A DNA stretch of 64,000 bases from the NCBI RefSeq assembly GCF_018350175.1, contig NC_058368.1, positions 59,832,001-59,896,000 of the forward strand. The letters run 5' to 3'. Source of the stretch: Felis catus (Eukaryota). Below are positions 13,833-26,540 of this stretch, piece after piece. A program made the translations under genes and the position numbers. The notes under the pieces are model-generated. The model ran no database searches and was not told the DNA's origin. It saw nothing but the letters and a program-made list of their open reading frames with translations. The stretch's first letter is position 1. Each line of letters starts with the position of its first letter.

Positions 13833-14053
13833 TAAAAAAAAAATTTTTTTCAACGTTTATTTATTTTTGGGACAGAGAGAGACAGAGCATGAATGGGGGA
13901 GGGGCAGAGAGAGAGGGAGACACAGAATCGGAAACAGGCTCCAGGCTCTGAGCCACCAGCCCAGAGCCTGACGCGGGGCTCGAACTCACGGACCGCGAGA
14001 TCGTGACCTGGCTGAAGTCGGACGCTTAACCGACTGCGCCACCCAGGCGCCCC
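13833..14053 (-). mobile_element. Young SINEC_Fc
   Basis: CpG-rich near-consensus copy; TSD cttaactttt. Confidence 0.97.
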
Positions 14054-14528
14054 TTAACTTTTTGATGTTATATAATTCTTATGTTATTTAATTTCTTCCC
14101 CTTAGTGTGTAAAACTGCAGAATTTGTAAAGTATTTGAAAAACTCAAGATTGTTTTGGGGTCAAATACTAAAAGATGTGCTCATGTGTTTGCAAGCATAT
14201 GTCCTCTCTATAGATGGTCAGACACCAAAGGAGTTTAAGAGGAAGTCTCCTTGGGTGTACTGTGTTGAAACTCAATGTGTTACACGCAAATTGTTATATA
14301 CAGTAGTGGTTAGGTAGTTGTTTTACAGTCACATTGATAATCTCACATACATACAGGGAAGCCTTTATTGATTACCTCCTGTATACTAGGCGTTGTTTTA
14401 GCATTAGAAAAACATTGGTAAGCCAGACACAGTCCCATCTTTCATTATAGTTCCACAGTCTTTGTGACGTCTGGCACATGAGAGCCAGTTTGGCCTGCAC
14501 ATTATGTTTAAGAATAAGAAATGGTGCT

Positions 14529-14745
14529 GGGGTGCCTGGGTGGCTCAGTTGATTAAGCGTCAGGCTTCAACTCCAGTCATGGTCTCATGGTCCATGAGTT
14601 TGAGCTTGTTGTCGGGCTCTGTGCTGACAGCTCTGAGCCTGGAGACTGCTTCATATTCTGTGTCTCCCTCTCTCTCTGCCCCTCACCCACTTATGCTCTG
14701 TTTCTCTCTCTTTCAAAAATGAATAAACATTAAAAACATTTTTTA
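14529..14745 (+). mobile_element. CAN-SINE
   Basis: ggggtgcctgggtggctcag head; TSD aaga(a/g)taagaaatggt. Confidence 0.95.
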
Positions 14746-15382
14746 AAGAGTAAGAAATGGTACTGATGAGACAGGATTTGTTGGCAGGATCCAGACCATT
14801 ACAGAAATTTCCCCAGAAAAGGCATTTAATGCTGGAAAAAAGTAACAACACTTGTTCCTGATTCCTAGCCTGCTTTCAAGCTATATGAGGTTGATAAAAT
14901 TAAGTTCTGTCAACATAGAGCATTGCTCCCTTTATGTCTTTTTCTTCCTTCCTTTCAACCTTTAGTCCTAGAGATGCAGGACTCTCATGGACATATCTCT
15001 ACTGCTTTTGAATGTTCTTGATGCAGAAATAGATGTGATGGTGCTAATGATGTAACTCATGCTAATGATGGTAACTCAGTTAATGTTAAAATGACTAGAG
15101 TACATCCGTGTTCCAGGCATAATTGTCTACTGGGCACACCAAGGAATCCAGTCTCAGCAGGAATCTCTGGAACCATCAGGAGACCTTCATGAAAGTGGTC
15201 TCATGTGCCTTGTTTACTCTGGAGACTTCATTAATGTTTCTTCATTATCACAATGGGAACATTCTATCTAAGATTCATCAATTTATAAATATGCTTAGTC
15301 TCTGAAGTCCCCATTTCATATTTATTATGGGAAAAAAGATGATTTGAGCCCTACAACATTTATTTGATGTTGCATTTTCTTT

Positions 15383-15413
<31 letters not shown>

Positions 15414-15632
15414 TATTATATTTATTTATAATTCATTATATATATAATTTTTGAGAGAGAAAGAGTGTGAGGGAGGAGGCGCAGAGAGAATGAAGGAGAC
15501 ACAGAATCTGAAGCAGGCTCCAGGCTCTGAACCATCAGATCAGAGCCTGACATGAGGCTTGAACTCACAAACTGTGAGATCATAACCTGAACCGAAGTCG
15601 TATGCTTAACCAACTGAGCCACCCAGGCTCCC
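15383..15632 (-). mobile_element. CAN-SINE whose tail has become a (TA)n microsatellite
   Basis: Reverse SINE body about 15420-15632; (TA)n about 15383-15407. Confidence 0.93.
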
Positions 15633-17163
15633 TTTATTGCATGTTCTTAGTTTCACTTCAGGCAAGATGTTACAAGTCATAGTACAATTGGGTCTGTCAA
15701 TATTTTCCTTACACTGTCTCTTCCAATTTTTCAAGTAAAATATTGATAATTTTAATTAAGTATACTTTATCAAATATGAATAATTCAAGCAGTGAAGCAG
15801 TAGAAAGAATGATTGCCTTATAAATCATTTATTCCATTATATTCAGACACATGTTTTATAATAATCACAATTTGGGTGTAAAACATATAAATTAGACCAA
15901 ATTTGGGGAAACACTAGAGATGGTAATGACTTTTAAACACAGCTGATGTGATTCATAATGGTCAACTGATATTTTAAACCTGATTGGGTAATAACTGGTA
16001 TTTATTATAGTGTTATCAAATCATGGTGGCTTTAGGCTATTTCCAGGAATAAATTTCAGCTTTGATGGAAAAATATTTTCTTACACTAGAAATAATTCAA
16101 AATAATACCTTTACAGAAGCAATTAGACAGGAGTTTAAAAGGCTCCGTTGAAAAGCTAACCTACTTATTTGGGTCAATATATTCTTTTAAGTATCTCTTT
16201 GAAGAGGGCCATAGTCTAGGAAACTGAATTTACCAACTTTTGGTGTCAAACATTAATATCAATAATTAAAATGTTAAAATGCATTTCATATAAATGTTCT
16301 TTAGAAACTTGCTCAAGCATAAAGAAATGAAAGGAAAAGTTTTACTTTGAGATGCCAATTATAGATTCTATTGAAAATTCTACATAGTTTATTAAAATAT
16401 TCAAAATCTCATTTAAGTTGAAATTATTATGTAAAGTGCCATTAAAATCACTGGCTCTCATGGTAATCAATGTGCAATAGAAGAATGGATAAGCTCAACA
16501 TTTAAAGAATCTTTCAATTTACGGCCAATCTTCAAAATAAAGACTTTTAATTATTTTGGCACACCCCAGTTTATTATTCTATACAGAAAAGAAAGTGGCC
16601 TGATAATACAATTGGTTCTAATATCTTTGGATATACATAGAGGGAGTATAAAGTACGAGAAGTAACAGTTGTTAGGAGTTTTAAAACAAATGTTAGTAAG
16701 GAGTCTTAAATTTTTTCTTGGGTACCAGCAAAGTAACTTTGCTTCAGTTTTTCTTAATCTCCAAAATGGAAATCATGTGCTATTTCACAGGTTCCTATGA
16801 GTTTAAAATGAGAAAATTATGGGTGAGAACACTTACAAGGCACAGAATCAAACCATATGATTTACTTTTATGACAATTGGTAAAATGAATGTAATGCTAC
16901 ATAGTAGCGTAGTTTTGAAGATTAAATGAGATAATAAAATAAAAAACAAGTGTCTGACAAACTGTATGTGCTAAATAAAGTATTTGTTACAGTAAGACAA
17001 TAATAACATGCCACTTTGAACTTATTTATAATGTCATTTTTATAAAGGCAGACACATTAAAATATGATATGTATGCCATTTAATGAAAGTAAAACTTATT
17101 GTTTCGAATGAATTCTTTAGATTTATTAACTTAAATTTTCTGTGCCAAACCTAAAAAATTGGG

Positions 17164-17276
17164 TTAAATTGTCAACATTTCATCGTGTCCTACAATTTGT
17201 TTCTTTATATAATTCTTAGTATTTCTCGGAGTCTTCTCGGTGTCTGTTACAGACACATTGACGTATGTGGCTTCTC
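17164..17276 (-). CDS. Candidate terminal coding exon of an unidentified - strand gene
   Basis: Acceptor aattttattttcag; longest frame (G)EATYVNVSVTDTEKTPRNTKNYIKKQIVGHDEMLTI*; AATAAA at 17122-17127; four CpGs within about 85 bp in CpG-poor unique DNA. Confidence 0.4.
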
Positions 17277-17371
17277 CTGAAAATAAAATTTACCATCAAT
17301 CTAAGTCAACATTTAACAACTATCTAGTTACTAATACATCTTATATCTCAATAAAGAAGAAAACACATGTA

Positions 17372-17578
17372 GGGGCGCCTGGGTGGCTCAGTTGGTTGAG
17401 CGTCTGACTCTTGGTTTGTGTTCAGGTCATGATCTCATGGTTCATGAGTTTGAGCCCCACGTCGAGCTCTGCACTGAGCATGGAGCCTGCTTAGAAGTCT
17501 GTCTGTCCCTCTCTGTCTCTCCCCCACATGCCTCTCTCTCTCTCTGTCAAAATAAATAAATAAACATTGAAAAAATAG
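17372..17578 (+). mobile_element. CAN-SINE
   Basis: ggggcgcctgggtggctcag head; perfect 16-bp TSD gaagaaaacacatgta. Confidence 0.96.
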
Positions 17579-17608
17579 GAAGAAAACACATGTAATAAAT
17601 GTTGTGAG

Positions 17609-17636
17609 TAACCCTAACCCTAACCCTAACCCTAAC
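17609..17636 (-). repeat. Short interstitial telomeric repeat (TTAGGG)4+
   Basis: taaccc x4 plus taac. Confidence 0.9.
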
Positions 17637-19254
17637 TGTTTTTCAAGGGAATGGATGTGAAAACTATCCTCTAATGTTGGTAGAGAAATGTTTAAAAACA
17701 TGTAATAAAGATGATTATGAGAAAGAAAAAATATTAAAATTTGCATCTCGGTGTTGTTTTAAATGTATGTTCAAGAACATATCCTTTATTCAGTAAATGC
17801 TGAGAGACTTAGCACACAGGGACAGAAGCAGTTAGGGAAAAAGTTGCTTTCTCTATCAGTGTAAATGAAATACAAGTTTGCCATGGAATTAGAATAGAAG
17901 TTCTGGATTTCTAAACTATCTTGAAGAAGTTGCATCTAAATTTGATGAGACAATACTGCAAACATGTAGAAAAAATGCAAGTTAGCTAGGAGGGTCCATT
18001 CCTTCAAAGCTTAAAGGCTTATTAAACATTGCATAAAGTGTGAAGCAGTCTACTCAAAAAAAGAAGGAGAGAGAAATTTCTGTTATGTTCTCACTGCTCT
18101 AAGACTGATTTTCAACATGGCTCTCTATCCACTCACTTCAAAGTCAGGTCAGAGCTCTATCAGTCTTGTCTTTCTCTACCCTGGTGGAGGAGCATTTGTA
18201 AAACTAGATGAAAATCTGATCTAAAGTGACAATTATAATTTCAAAGCACAAAATCCGGTAATATAGGTAATGAATGAAGAATTTAATAAAGCAAATTTGT
18301 TTCAAAATTAGTAAAAAAAAAACCCCTACAAAATAAAAATTGAAGACATTCAAGGTTAGAAAAGAAGTTTGTCTGAGCTTTTTCACTTAGGGTCAAAGTG
18401 ACTTTCTAGCACAGTGATGAACAGGGATTATAAAATAAATGATGATAAAATCATAAGGAAAAGAACCACCTTGTCACATTTACCCTATCTCTGTGCCTTA
18501 TTCTATATCTTTCAGAATCAGCACAAATGACAATTATAGGCAGATGTTTTGCTGGATGTTTCTTTTTTTGTGAGAAATAATAAAGTTAGGGAATGAATAT
18601 GAATAACTGCACTGAAGAGAGATCAAAACTATAGATTTTGAGCAAGACACTAAATAAGGCATATTAAGCTTAAAGCCTTCTGAAGAATTTTCATGGGTAT
18701 GAGTTCTCAGACAGAAGGGTCCATATTAATGTAACAAGTTTTAGACCTACATTTTTAATATCTGAGGAAAATAATGGTTTACAATGCGAGCAATGCAGTT
18801 AAAGAAATATCAGCTCCTTGTTGCATATGTAAATACATGTTTGATGTTTTGTAAAAGATGTTAAGCAGATCTGGTGTCTGGTATATTTCCTGTCTCTATT
18901 AATGAGAAAACCCAGAATACACTATATAAAATGTACAATTAGAGATTCAATTAACTCTATTTTTGGAGAGTAGTAATTGGTACAAGATTGTGAAACTGGG
19001 TTAAAATTTTCTGCATCTCTGATGGTAATTCATGTACATTAGTCAGTTCAAACAGCCATTATTAAATCCTCTAAAGTAAATCATTCATTTAGAGTTAATT
19101 ATGCCCTAACACTTCACCAGTATGATGCTAGGTCTATGGATAAATAAAGGAAGAAGAGACCTTGTTCTTAACTCAAAATATTGTGGAAGAGTAAAACAGA
19201 AAATAAAATCGCATGAACAAGGAGGTAGCTCAGCATGGGAAGAAATGCACAATT

Positions 19255-19770
19255 TCAATCCACAATGACCTCTAATGAGTTTAAGATAAGCCACAAATCA
19301 TCAACATGGCTGTCAAAGCTTTGCCTGATTTGACCCCCAAGTGATATGATCCTTGGTTTTCCTTTTAGCTGTATTAAATTATACACACTCACAAATTCCC
19401 AGCCACACCGTCTTTCTGTCAATTGCCTATTCTATGGGCTAGGATTGTCCCCCTCACTTGGAGCTTTTGCACTTGGTATTCCTTTATGCTAAAATAATTT
19501 CATTACAATTCTTTCCATAAGTGGTTCTTTATTTTCCTCCAGGTCTCATTATGAATGTCAACTCCTCAGAAAGCTTTCTCCATCTTGCTGTTTGAAGCAC
19601 GGGGTCTGCCTATTATTTTTGTACCTTTGTAACCTTCTCATTTATCTTGAAATTCTCTATTTAGTTGTTTTTTTTACTTGTTGGTGTTGGCTGTCTTCCC
19701 CACTAGAATAGATGATCTGTGAAGCCAAAACATACTTGTATTCTTTCCCAAGCTATCCTCAATACTTAGC
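19255..19770 (+). mobile_element. L2 LINE 3' region
   Basis: gcttttgcacttg, aatgtcaactcctcagaaag and ccccactagaat motifs of L2a/b. Confidence 0.7.
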
Positions 19771-19912
19771 AGCCCCAATTTCCTCATCTGTAAAACGGGG
19801 ATAAATTGTACTATGATTTTATGGGGGTGATTTTGCAAATTAAATAAGCAAATGCATCTGAATATTTAAAAAGCATACTAGTCTACAGTGATTGCTAAAA
19901 CAATGTTAGTTA
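19771..19912 (+). mobile_element. MIR SINE fragment
   Basis: tttcctcatctgtaaaacggggata core. Confidence 0.75.
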
Positions 19913-21284
19913 TATATATTCTCACATTTAAATTTTTGTACTAAGTTTTATATGCCTCAAGTGTTTGGTGACAAGGGAGAATAAATATTGTGTTTAAATA
20001 TTGTGTTTATAGAAATACAGAAGTTTCATATTTTATATATTATGGATACCAATGATACAATTTACAGACATAATGGAAATACTTTGGCTTTTACTACATT
20101 TTCAATTTTAGGATGACATCTTTTCTTTTTATTATCAGATTATCTGCAAAATTTAAATGGCTATAATGATGAGCAGTTACAGAGTGAGATATCTTTGGGT
20201 ATCAAATTGGCCTGTATCATTACTGCCTTCTTGAAAAACTGATGTTGTACCATTAGCATTATATATGAACCTGTGGTGGTCTTATGAGCTTGTGATTACG
20301 AAGGAGAAGGCAGATGAGAGCAGTTTCAGGTCTTACACACTCACGAGACATGAAAAGGAAAACAAAAACAAGATGCAATTAAAATACTAAATTTTAAGGA
20401 TAGAAAAATTCTGTTACTTTGTAAAAAAGCTTTTTATAAAGAAGGGCAATTTCCATTACCGTACTTTCTAATTATCTTAAAAATTGGCAAAATAGTGATT
20501 CTAAGTGGAAGAGAAATTTGAAAGGAAGAGAGTCCTAAGTTGAAAGGATGTAAAGCAAAACAGGGTCTCCTGTGACAGGAGAGAATGTCAGTAATGGGGC
20601 TGGGGAAGCAGAAGGAAGATTTGTGGAAATGTCTTAAATGCACTTTTTCTACCAAAAAAAACTTAAACACGTAATTAGACAACTGGGTCTGAACAATCTT
20701 TTCTGAGACCTAATGCTCTACAATGTATTCAAGCTGTCATTCTTTCATTTGAACATTATTAAAGTCACGGCATTTAATTTTTCTAACTTCATAAAAAAGT
20801 AATGAAATTAATGACATTCTGTGTTTTATCTTTTCCCCATCTTCACCTCTATCATAGTTCATATAATCATTTTCTAAATAACACTCTTTACTTCTGTTGA
20901 TTGCTCTCTCAATTAATTAAGTTTTCTTGTGATTTTAAATATTAGTTCTCTATGCTTCTTTCGTAATTTTATGCTCCATTTTCTCAATTAGGAGTTATAG
21001 CTATGGGCAATATGCCATTACAAGGCAGGTTCATAGGTTACATATTATGATTTTCTTCTAAATGTGAGCTGACTGTGTAGAAGTCACCTGCATGGTGAAA
21101 AAGAAAAGAGGGTGGAATTATTGTAACCTTTCCTTATTTATATCAGCCTTCAGGTTTCTATTAGACTTAATTATGTCAATACAACAGATACTTTCAAAGT
21201 ACAAATTGCTTTTGAGGAAACTGGGAGAGAAGCAGTTGATAACTTAAAATGTCAGTCTAGTATTTACTTTTCTAAAAAGGTTGT

Positions 21285-21450
21285 TACTTAAAAATAGTCT
21301 TATATTCATTTCAGGTGTATGATATAGTGATTCAACAATACTGTACGTCACTCAGTGCTCATCACAAGTGTGCTCTTTATCCCCATCAGCTATTTCACCC
21401 ATCCCTCTACCCACCTCCCCTCTGGTAGTCATCAATGTGTTCTCCATAGT
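21285..21450 (-). mobile_element. Carnivore LINE-1 3' end
   Basis: tttcaggtgta...cagtgctcatcacaagtg...cccacctcccctctggta, the reverse of the 12.0-kb copy type. Confidence 0.85.
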
Positions 21451-21707
21451 AATTACTTTTTAAAAATATCAGCATTTATGGAACAGGAGTGATGGGATGG
21501 AAGATTTTATTTTTTGTAATCTTAATTTGTTAATCTGATGCACACCTAATCATAGAGTTTAGTATAAAACTATTTCTCCTTTTAATTTTTGTAGAATTAT
21601 TTTATACTTCATTTTAAATTAAAATGCAAACAAAGGATCATTGCAAGTGACTTACACAATACTGTATTTTGTAAGAAAAAGATCTCTTGTTAACAATAGT
21701 GGGCAGC

Positions 21708-21928
21708 AGTGCCTGGGTGGCTGAATCGATTAATCACCCAACTCCTGATTTTGGCTCAAGTCATGATTTCATGGTTCGTGAGATGGAGCCCATCATTAGG
21801 CTCTGCTCTGGCAACACAGAGCCTGCTTGGGATTCTCTCTCTCCCTATCTGCCCCTCCTCAACACTCGGTCTTTCTGTCTCTGTCTCTCTCACTCTCAAA
21901 ATAAATAAACATTAAAAATATATTTAAA
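21708..21928 (+). mobile_element. CAN-SINE (older)
   Basis: SINE body; TSD aatagtgggca. Confidence 0.93.
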
Positions 21929-22039
21929 AAATAGTGGGCAATTCACTAAATCTGTAGCAAAGCAAAAATATTCACAGGAGTTAGAGACCAGAGCTTCTAG
22001 GAATAACTCATCATAGTGGATGAGCACCAACCATTTTAA

Positions 22040-22250
22040 TTTTTTTGTCTTTTTAGAGTTTATTTTTTTGGAGAGACACAGCATGAGCAGGGGAGGGGCA
22101 GAGAGAGAGGCAGGGAGACACAGCATCCCAAGCAGGATCCAGGCTCTGATGTGTCAGCACAGAGCCATATGCAGGGCTTGAACCCACACACCACATGATC
22201 ATGACCTGAGCTGAAGTCGATTGCTTAATGGACTGAGCCACTCAGGCGCC
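22040..22250 (-). mobile_element. CAN-SINE
   Basis: Reverse SINE; TSD agcaccaaccattttaa. Confidence 0.95.
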
Positions 22251-22591
22251 CAAGCACCAACCATTTTAAAACTCACTTTCCTGAGAACACCCTTTCACTA
22301 CCTTTTTTATTTATTATTATTATAGCTCTTTCCATTGTGCAAGAAAAATAGTATACTTTGATTAGCTTCTTTTGGGGTATGCACAATTGAGTGAAAAGTA
22401 ATTCTCTACCCAAAAGATAATTTAAATATGTTTTATCAAAAGATAGTTTAGGGCTAGTAAAAATAATTCACAACCATGATAAACTTTTACTTTCATACAT
22501 CCTTTCAAATTATCTGTATATCTGGTATCTAATGAATGACTCAGTCACTTATTCTCTTGGCTATAGCAGGGTTTTTTGTTAATTTATTTTG

Positions 22592-22594
<3 letters not shown>

Positions 22595-22633
<39 letters not shown>
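22595..22633. repeat. (ATT)n microsatellite
   Basis: About 12 tandem units. Confidence 0.95.
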
Positions 22634-22634
<1 letters not shown>

Positions 22635-22924
22635 CCATGCAGTCAGCCTAAATATACTCAGATAAAATTCAGCAGAAAATAACTTCATATGCTATTGACA
22701 AATTAAGCAAAATACCAGTAAACCAGTAAAAACAAAATCTCAGGTGCTAAGATTGACAGAATTCCATCCTAAATAACAGCAAGGTATTAATCTGGTGAAG
22801 ACACAATTGTGACTGATGTTCAACTCTATACCTTGCAGATTTTACCAGTTGAATTAAATATGAAATACTGCTGCAAACCCCATTGCTACTGCTCTGCAAA
22901 ATACTCAATGATGTTGTAACAGTA

Positions 22925-23997
22925 CAGATATGACATCAAATGGATAAGCAATGGAAGAAAAAAGTGGATAAACTAGATTACATCAGATTTAAAATATTTT
23001 GGCTTTAAATGTTACCATCAAAAAAAAATAAATAAATGCTACCATCAAAAAAGTGAAAACTGGGAAAAACTTTTTTCAAACCATATGTCTCGTAAGAGAC
23101 TTAGATCCGGAAAATATAGAGAAGAATGCTTACAACTCAATAATAAAAAGACAGACAAGTAAAAAAAAAAATATGAGCAAATGATTTGAATCAACATTTC
23201 TCCATATAAGAAATACAAATGGCCAGAAACCCATGAATGATATCCATTATCATTGGTTTTTAATGAAATGCAAATCCAAATACAACACAACGTTATTTTA
23301 CATCCACTAGAATGATTAAAATCAAAGATAGAATATAACCAGTGTTTGTGACAATGGAAAATTTGAAACATTTGTACATTACCATTGGAATGTAAACTGA
23401 TGCAACTAATTTGGAAAACAATATGGCAGTTCTTAAAAATTTTAAACATAGATTTACCCAGGATGCAGTACACTTAAGCATATATTCAAGATACATGAAA
23501 ACAGATGTCCACAAATATCTTGTACACAAGTAGTTATATGTACATTATTTATGAGGGTGTAAAAGTGAAAATAATCCAAATGCCCATCAATGGGTGAATG
23601 GATAAACAAAATTGCATAAAGTCATACAATGGAATGTTACTCAGCAATAAAAATGAATGAACTGCTACTGCATGCTATAATCTGGATGCAACTTGAAAAT
23701 ATGATGAAAAATTCAAGAAGTCAGTCAAAGATGATAAATTGTATAATTGCATTTATATGAAATTTCCAGAATAGGCAAATCTATAGGGTAATAAAATAGA
23801 TTTGTGGTTGCCTAAGGCTAGAGAGAGAGGATATAGGAGTGACTGCTAATGGACACAATAGGAGTGATGAAAATATTCTGAAATTAGGATTTGGTGATGA
23901 TTATACACCTCTATGAATATAGTAAGAAAATATTGAATTGTATACTTTAAATGGCTGAATTGTGTGGTTATTATATCTCAATAAAGATGTTAAAAAC
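22925..23997 (+). mobile_element. Old LINE-1 (L1MB-like) ORF2 end and 3' UTR
   Basis: aatgcaaatccaaa, aaatgcccatcaatgggtgaatggataaacaaa, gagtgactgctaatgg, terminal ctcaataaag. Confidence 0.85.
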
Positions 23998-24169
23998 CAC
24001 ATGGCCCATAAGAAAACATGTCATTTATTGAGAATGTATAAAAATAGTGTTGTCTTATAACTCATCTGTGGTATGCAAAATGTGTTTTTAATTTTTCTGC
24101 AATAGATAAAGGATATAATAAAGGGTTTGTAGGCTTATGAAAAGAATTAAATGAAAATACACAATACTA

Positions 24170-24700
24170 TTTGCATATAGTTTATTATTACTGTTCTACC
24201 TTTCTGATGAATTGACACTTTCATCCTTATGAAATTACTCTTTTTCTCTAGAAATATTCATTTTATTAAGGTCAATTTTACTTCATATCAGTTTTAGCCA
24301 TTCCTACTCTCTTTGAATACTGTTGACATATTATATAGTTTTCCATTCTTTTACTTTCAAATTGAGTATTTAAGTCTGAAATGTATCACTGGTAGAGACA
24401 GTAGACAATATATCATGAAATCATGTTTTCATACTTACCCAGTCTGACTACAGTTGCCTTTTGAGTAGAATGGTCTTTTTTTTATTTACTTTCATTTGAT
24501 GTAACTACACATATACTTAAATATTTGAATACATATGTATAGCATATGTATAATGTATATATACATATATTCATTTATATAGACAGTCTTTTATACTTGC
24601 CAACAAGTATGTGGCATTTCTGGTGTTCTCCATTCCTTCCTGTGGACTCCAGTAAAAGCCCGTTTTCTACAATTAACTTTTCTAATTTTATATTAATTTT
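24170..24700 (-). mobile_element. Old LINE-1 fragment
   Basis: atgaattgacactttcatc...atgaaat and tttccattcttttactttcaa resemble antisense L1M ORF2 5' region. Confidence 0.55.
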
Positions 24701-25734
24701 TATCTTCCATACCCACAACTCTTGAACATTGGATTTGTCATTTTTTAAATTTGGACTTGCTTTTACATCTCCCAGGTCTTACTTATTTGTTCCTCCCAAG
24801 TTGGGATGCAGAGGAAAGATTCCTATCATCCTATAAAATTCTGGGTGCAGTTCAAGATTCAGTTCAAATGTATTTCACTCATTAACCTTCACAATCCTCT
24901 GGGGTGAAATTAGTCTCACCATTATTGTACCCTTAGAGTAATTTATTGGCATCTATATGGTATTACTTATTTTTGTCGGTCATGTTTGTGTATGTTACTG
25001 CCTTTCTTTCAAAAGCAGGAAAAATACTTTGGCTCTCACTTTTTATGAGCTTTGTATTTCACAAGAATCAGACAATGCACTGTAAATATAGAAGTTCAAT
25101 AAATTTGAAGGATTAAATCCAGCATATTTATACCCAGCATTATTTAAAACCCCAAGATATATTATCACACCACAATACTCGATGATGTTAGTCATGATGG
25201 TGATTATCAGTGTAAATCTGATGATGAGGAAGAAGAACGAGGCATGGTGAGGGAGGTAAGGAGGCTGCAAAGATTAATAAGGCATAGTCCTTTTCATTCA
25301 GTTTGTGAAACATGCATAAACAAATAATGCAACACGGTGTTTGAAGGGCTGTGCTTGAGTTATTCACAGGGTATACGGGACACTAAGGTAATAAGTTTTC
25401 ACTTCCATTGGTGGGTGGATAAGCAGTAAAATCTCATAAAAGGAGAGGTTTTGAAAGATGAGGAGGATTTTCCAGTTAGAGTAAGTTAAATCACGGAGAA
25501 ATATAATAACATGATGTGTTTGAGGTATATATGTTAATGATTTATGGCTGGGGTCCAGGTTGTAAGGAATGAGTAAATTTTAAATCTTGTACACCATAGT
25601 ATAGAGTGTTTATTATACTATAATTTTCATTACCTGATCAGGTTTCCTTCTATTAAATAAAAGTCTCCATTATAAACTGTTAAAATAATACAGTAAAAGA
25701 TGAAAGATATTAAGGTGTTTTAGAAAAGAGACTT

Positions 25735-25950
25735 TATTTGTCTGTTTATTAAATGTTTATTTATTTTTGAGAGAGAGAAAAAGTGTGAGCAGGGGAGGGG
25801 CAGAGACAGAGGGAGACACACAATCTGAAACAGGCTCCAGGCTCTGAGCTGTCAGCACAGAGCCTGACATGGGGCTCGAACCCCCTGTCCGCGAGATCAC
25901 GACCCGAGCCAAAGCCAGATGCTTGATCAGTTGAGCCACCCAGGTGCCCC
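25735..25950 (-). mobile_element. CAN-SINE (SINEC_Fc-like)
   Basis: Reverse SINE; TSD-like aag(a/g)gacttt. Confidence 0.95.
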
Positions 25951-25991
25951 AAGGGACTTTTTTAAAAAAACAAAACAAAACAGGCAAAACA

Positions 25992-26215
25992 GGGCGCCTG
26001 GGTGGCGCAGTCGGTTAAGCGTCCGACTTCAGCCAGGTCAAGATCTCGCGGTCCGTGAGTTCGAGCCCCGCGTCAGGCTCTGGGCTGATGGCTCAGAGCC
26101 TGGAGCCTGTTTCCGATTCTGTGTCTCCCTCTCTCTCTGCCCCTCCCCCGTTCATACTCTGTCTCTCTCTGTCCCAAAATAAATATAAAAAGCGTTGAAA
26201 AAAAAATTTAAAAAG
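25992..26215 (+). mobile_element. Young SINEC_Fc
   Basis: CpG-rich near-consensus head gggcgcctgggtggcgcagtcggttaagcg. Confidence 0.97.
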
Positions 26216-26290
26216 ACAAAACAAAACAAAAAAAACAAAAAACAAAAGAGAGAGAGAAAAAAAAACAGACTCCTTTTTTGTTTGTTTCCT

Positions 26291-26540
26291 TCCAAATTTT
26301 TATTTAAAATAACGTTAGTTAACATACAGAGTAATATTAGTTTCAGGTGTAGAATTTACATTCAACATCCTGTGCGCATCACAACCAGTGCACTCTTTCA
26401 TCCCCATCACCCATTTAACCCATCCCCCTACCCACATCCCCTCTGGTAACCCTCAGTTTGTTCTCTATAGTTAAGAGTCTGTTTCTTGGCAAAACAGATA
26501 AACATAGGGGGGAAAAAAGAAGAAAGAGAGAGGGTAACCA
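26291..26540 (-). mobile_element. Carnivore LINE-1 3' end with inverted 5' segment
   Basis: 26291-26489 is antisense L1 3' UTR; 26490-26540 is the adjacent upstream L1 sequence in sense orientation. Confidence 0.8.

Noticed and set aside
22832..22893. 62-nt - strand exon candidate (SSSNGVCSSISYLIQLVKSA)
   Set aside because: Short pyrimidine tract and weak donor gtatag; no recognisable homology.
25127..25255. Acidic + strand frame DDVSHDGDYQCKSDDEEEERG ending at a gtaagg donor
   Set aside because: No credible acceptor; looks like a decayed GAT/GAG simple repeat.
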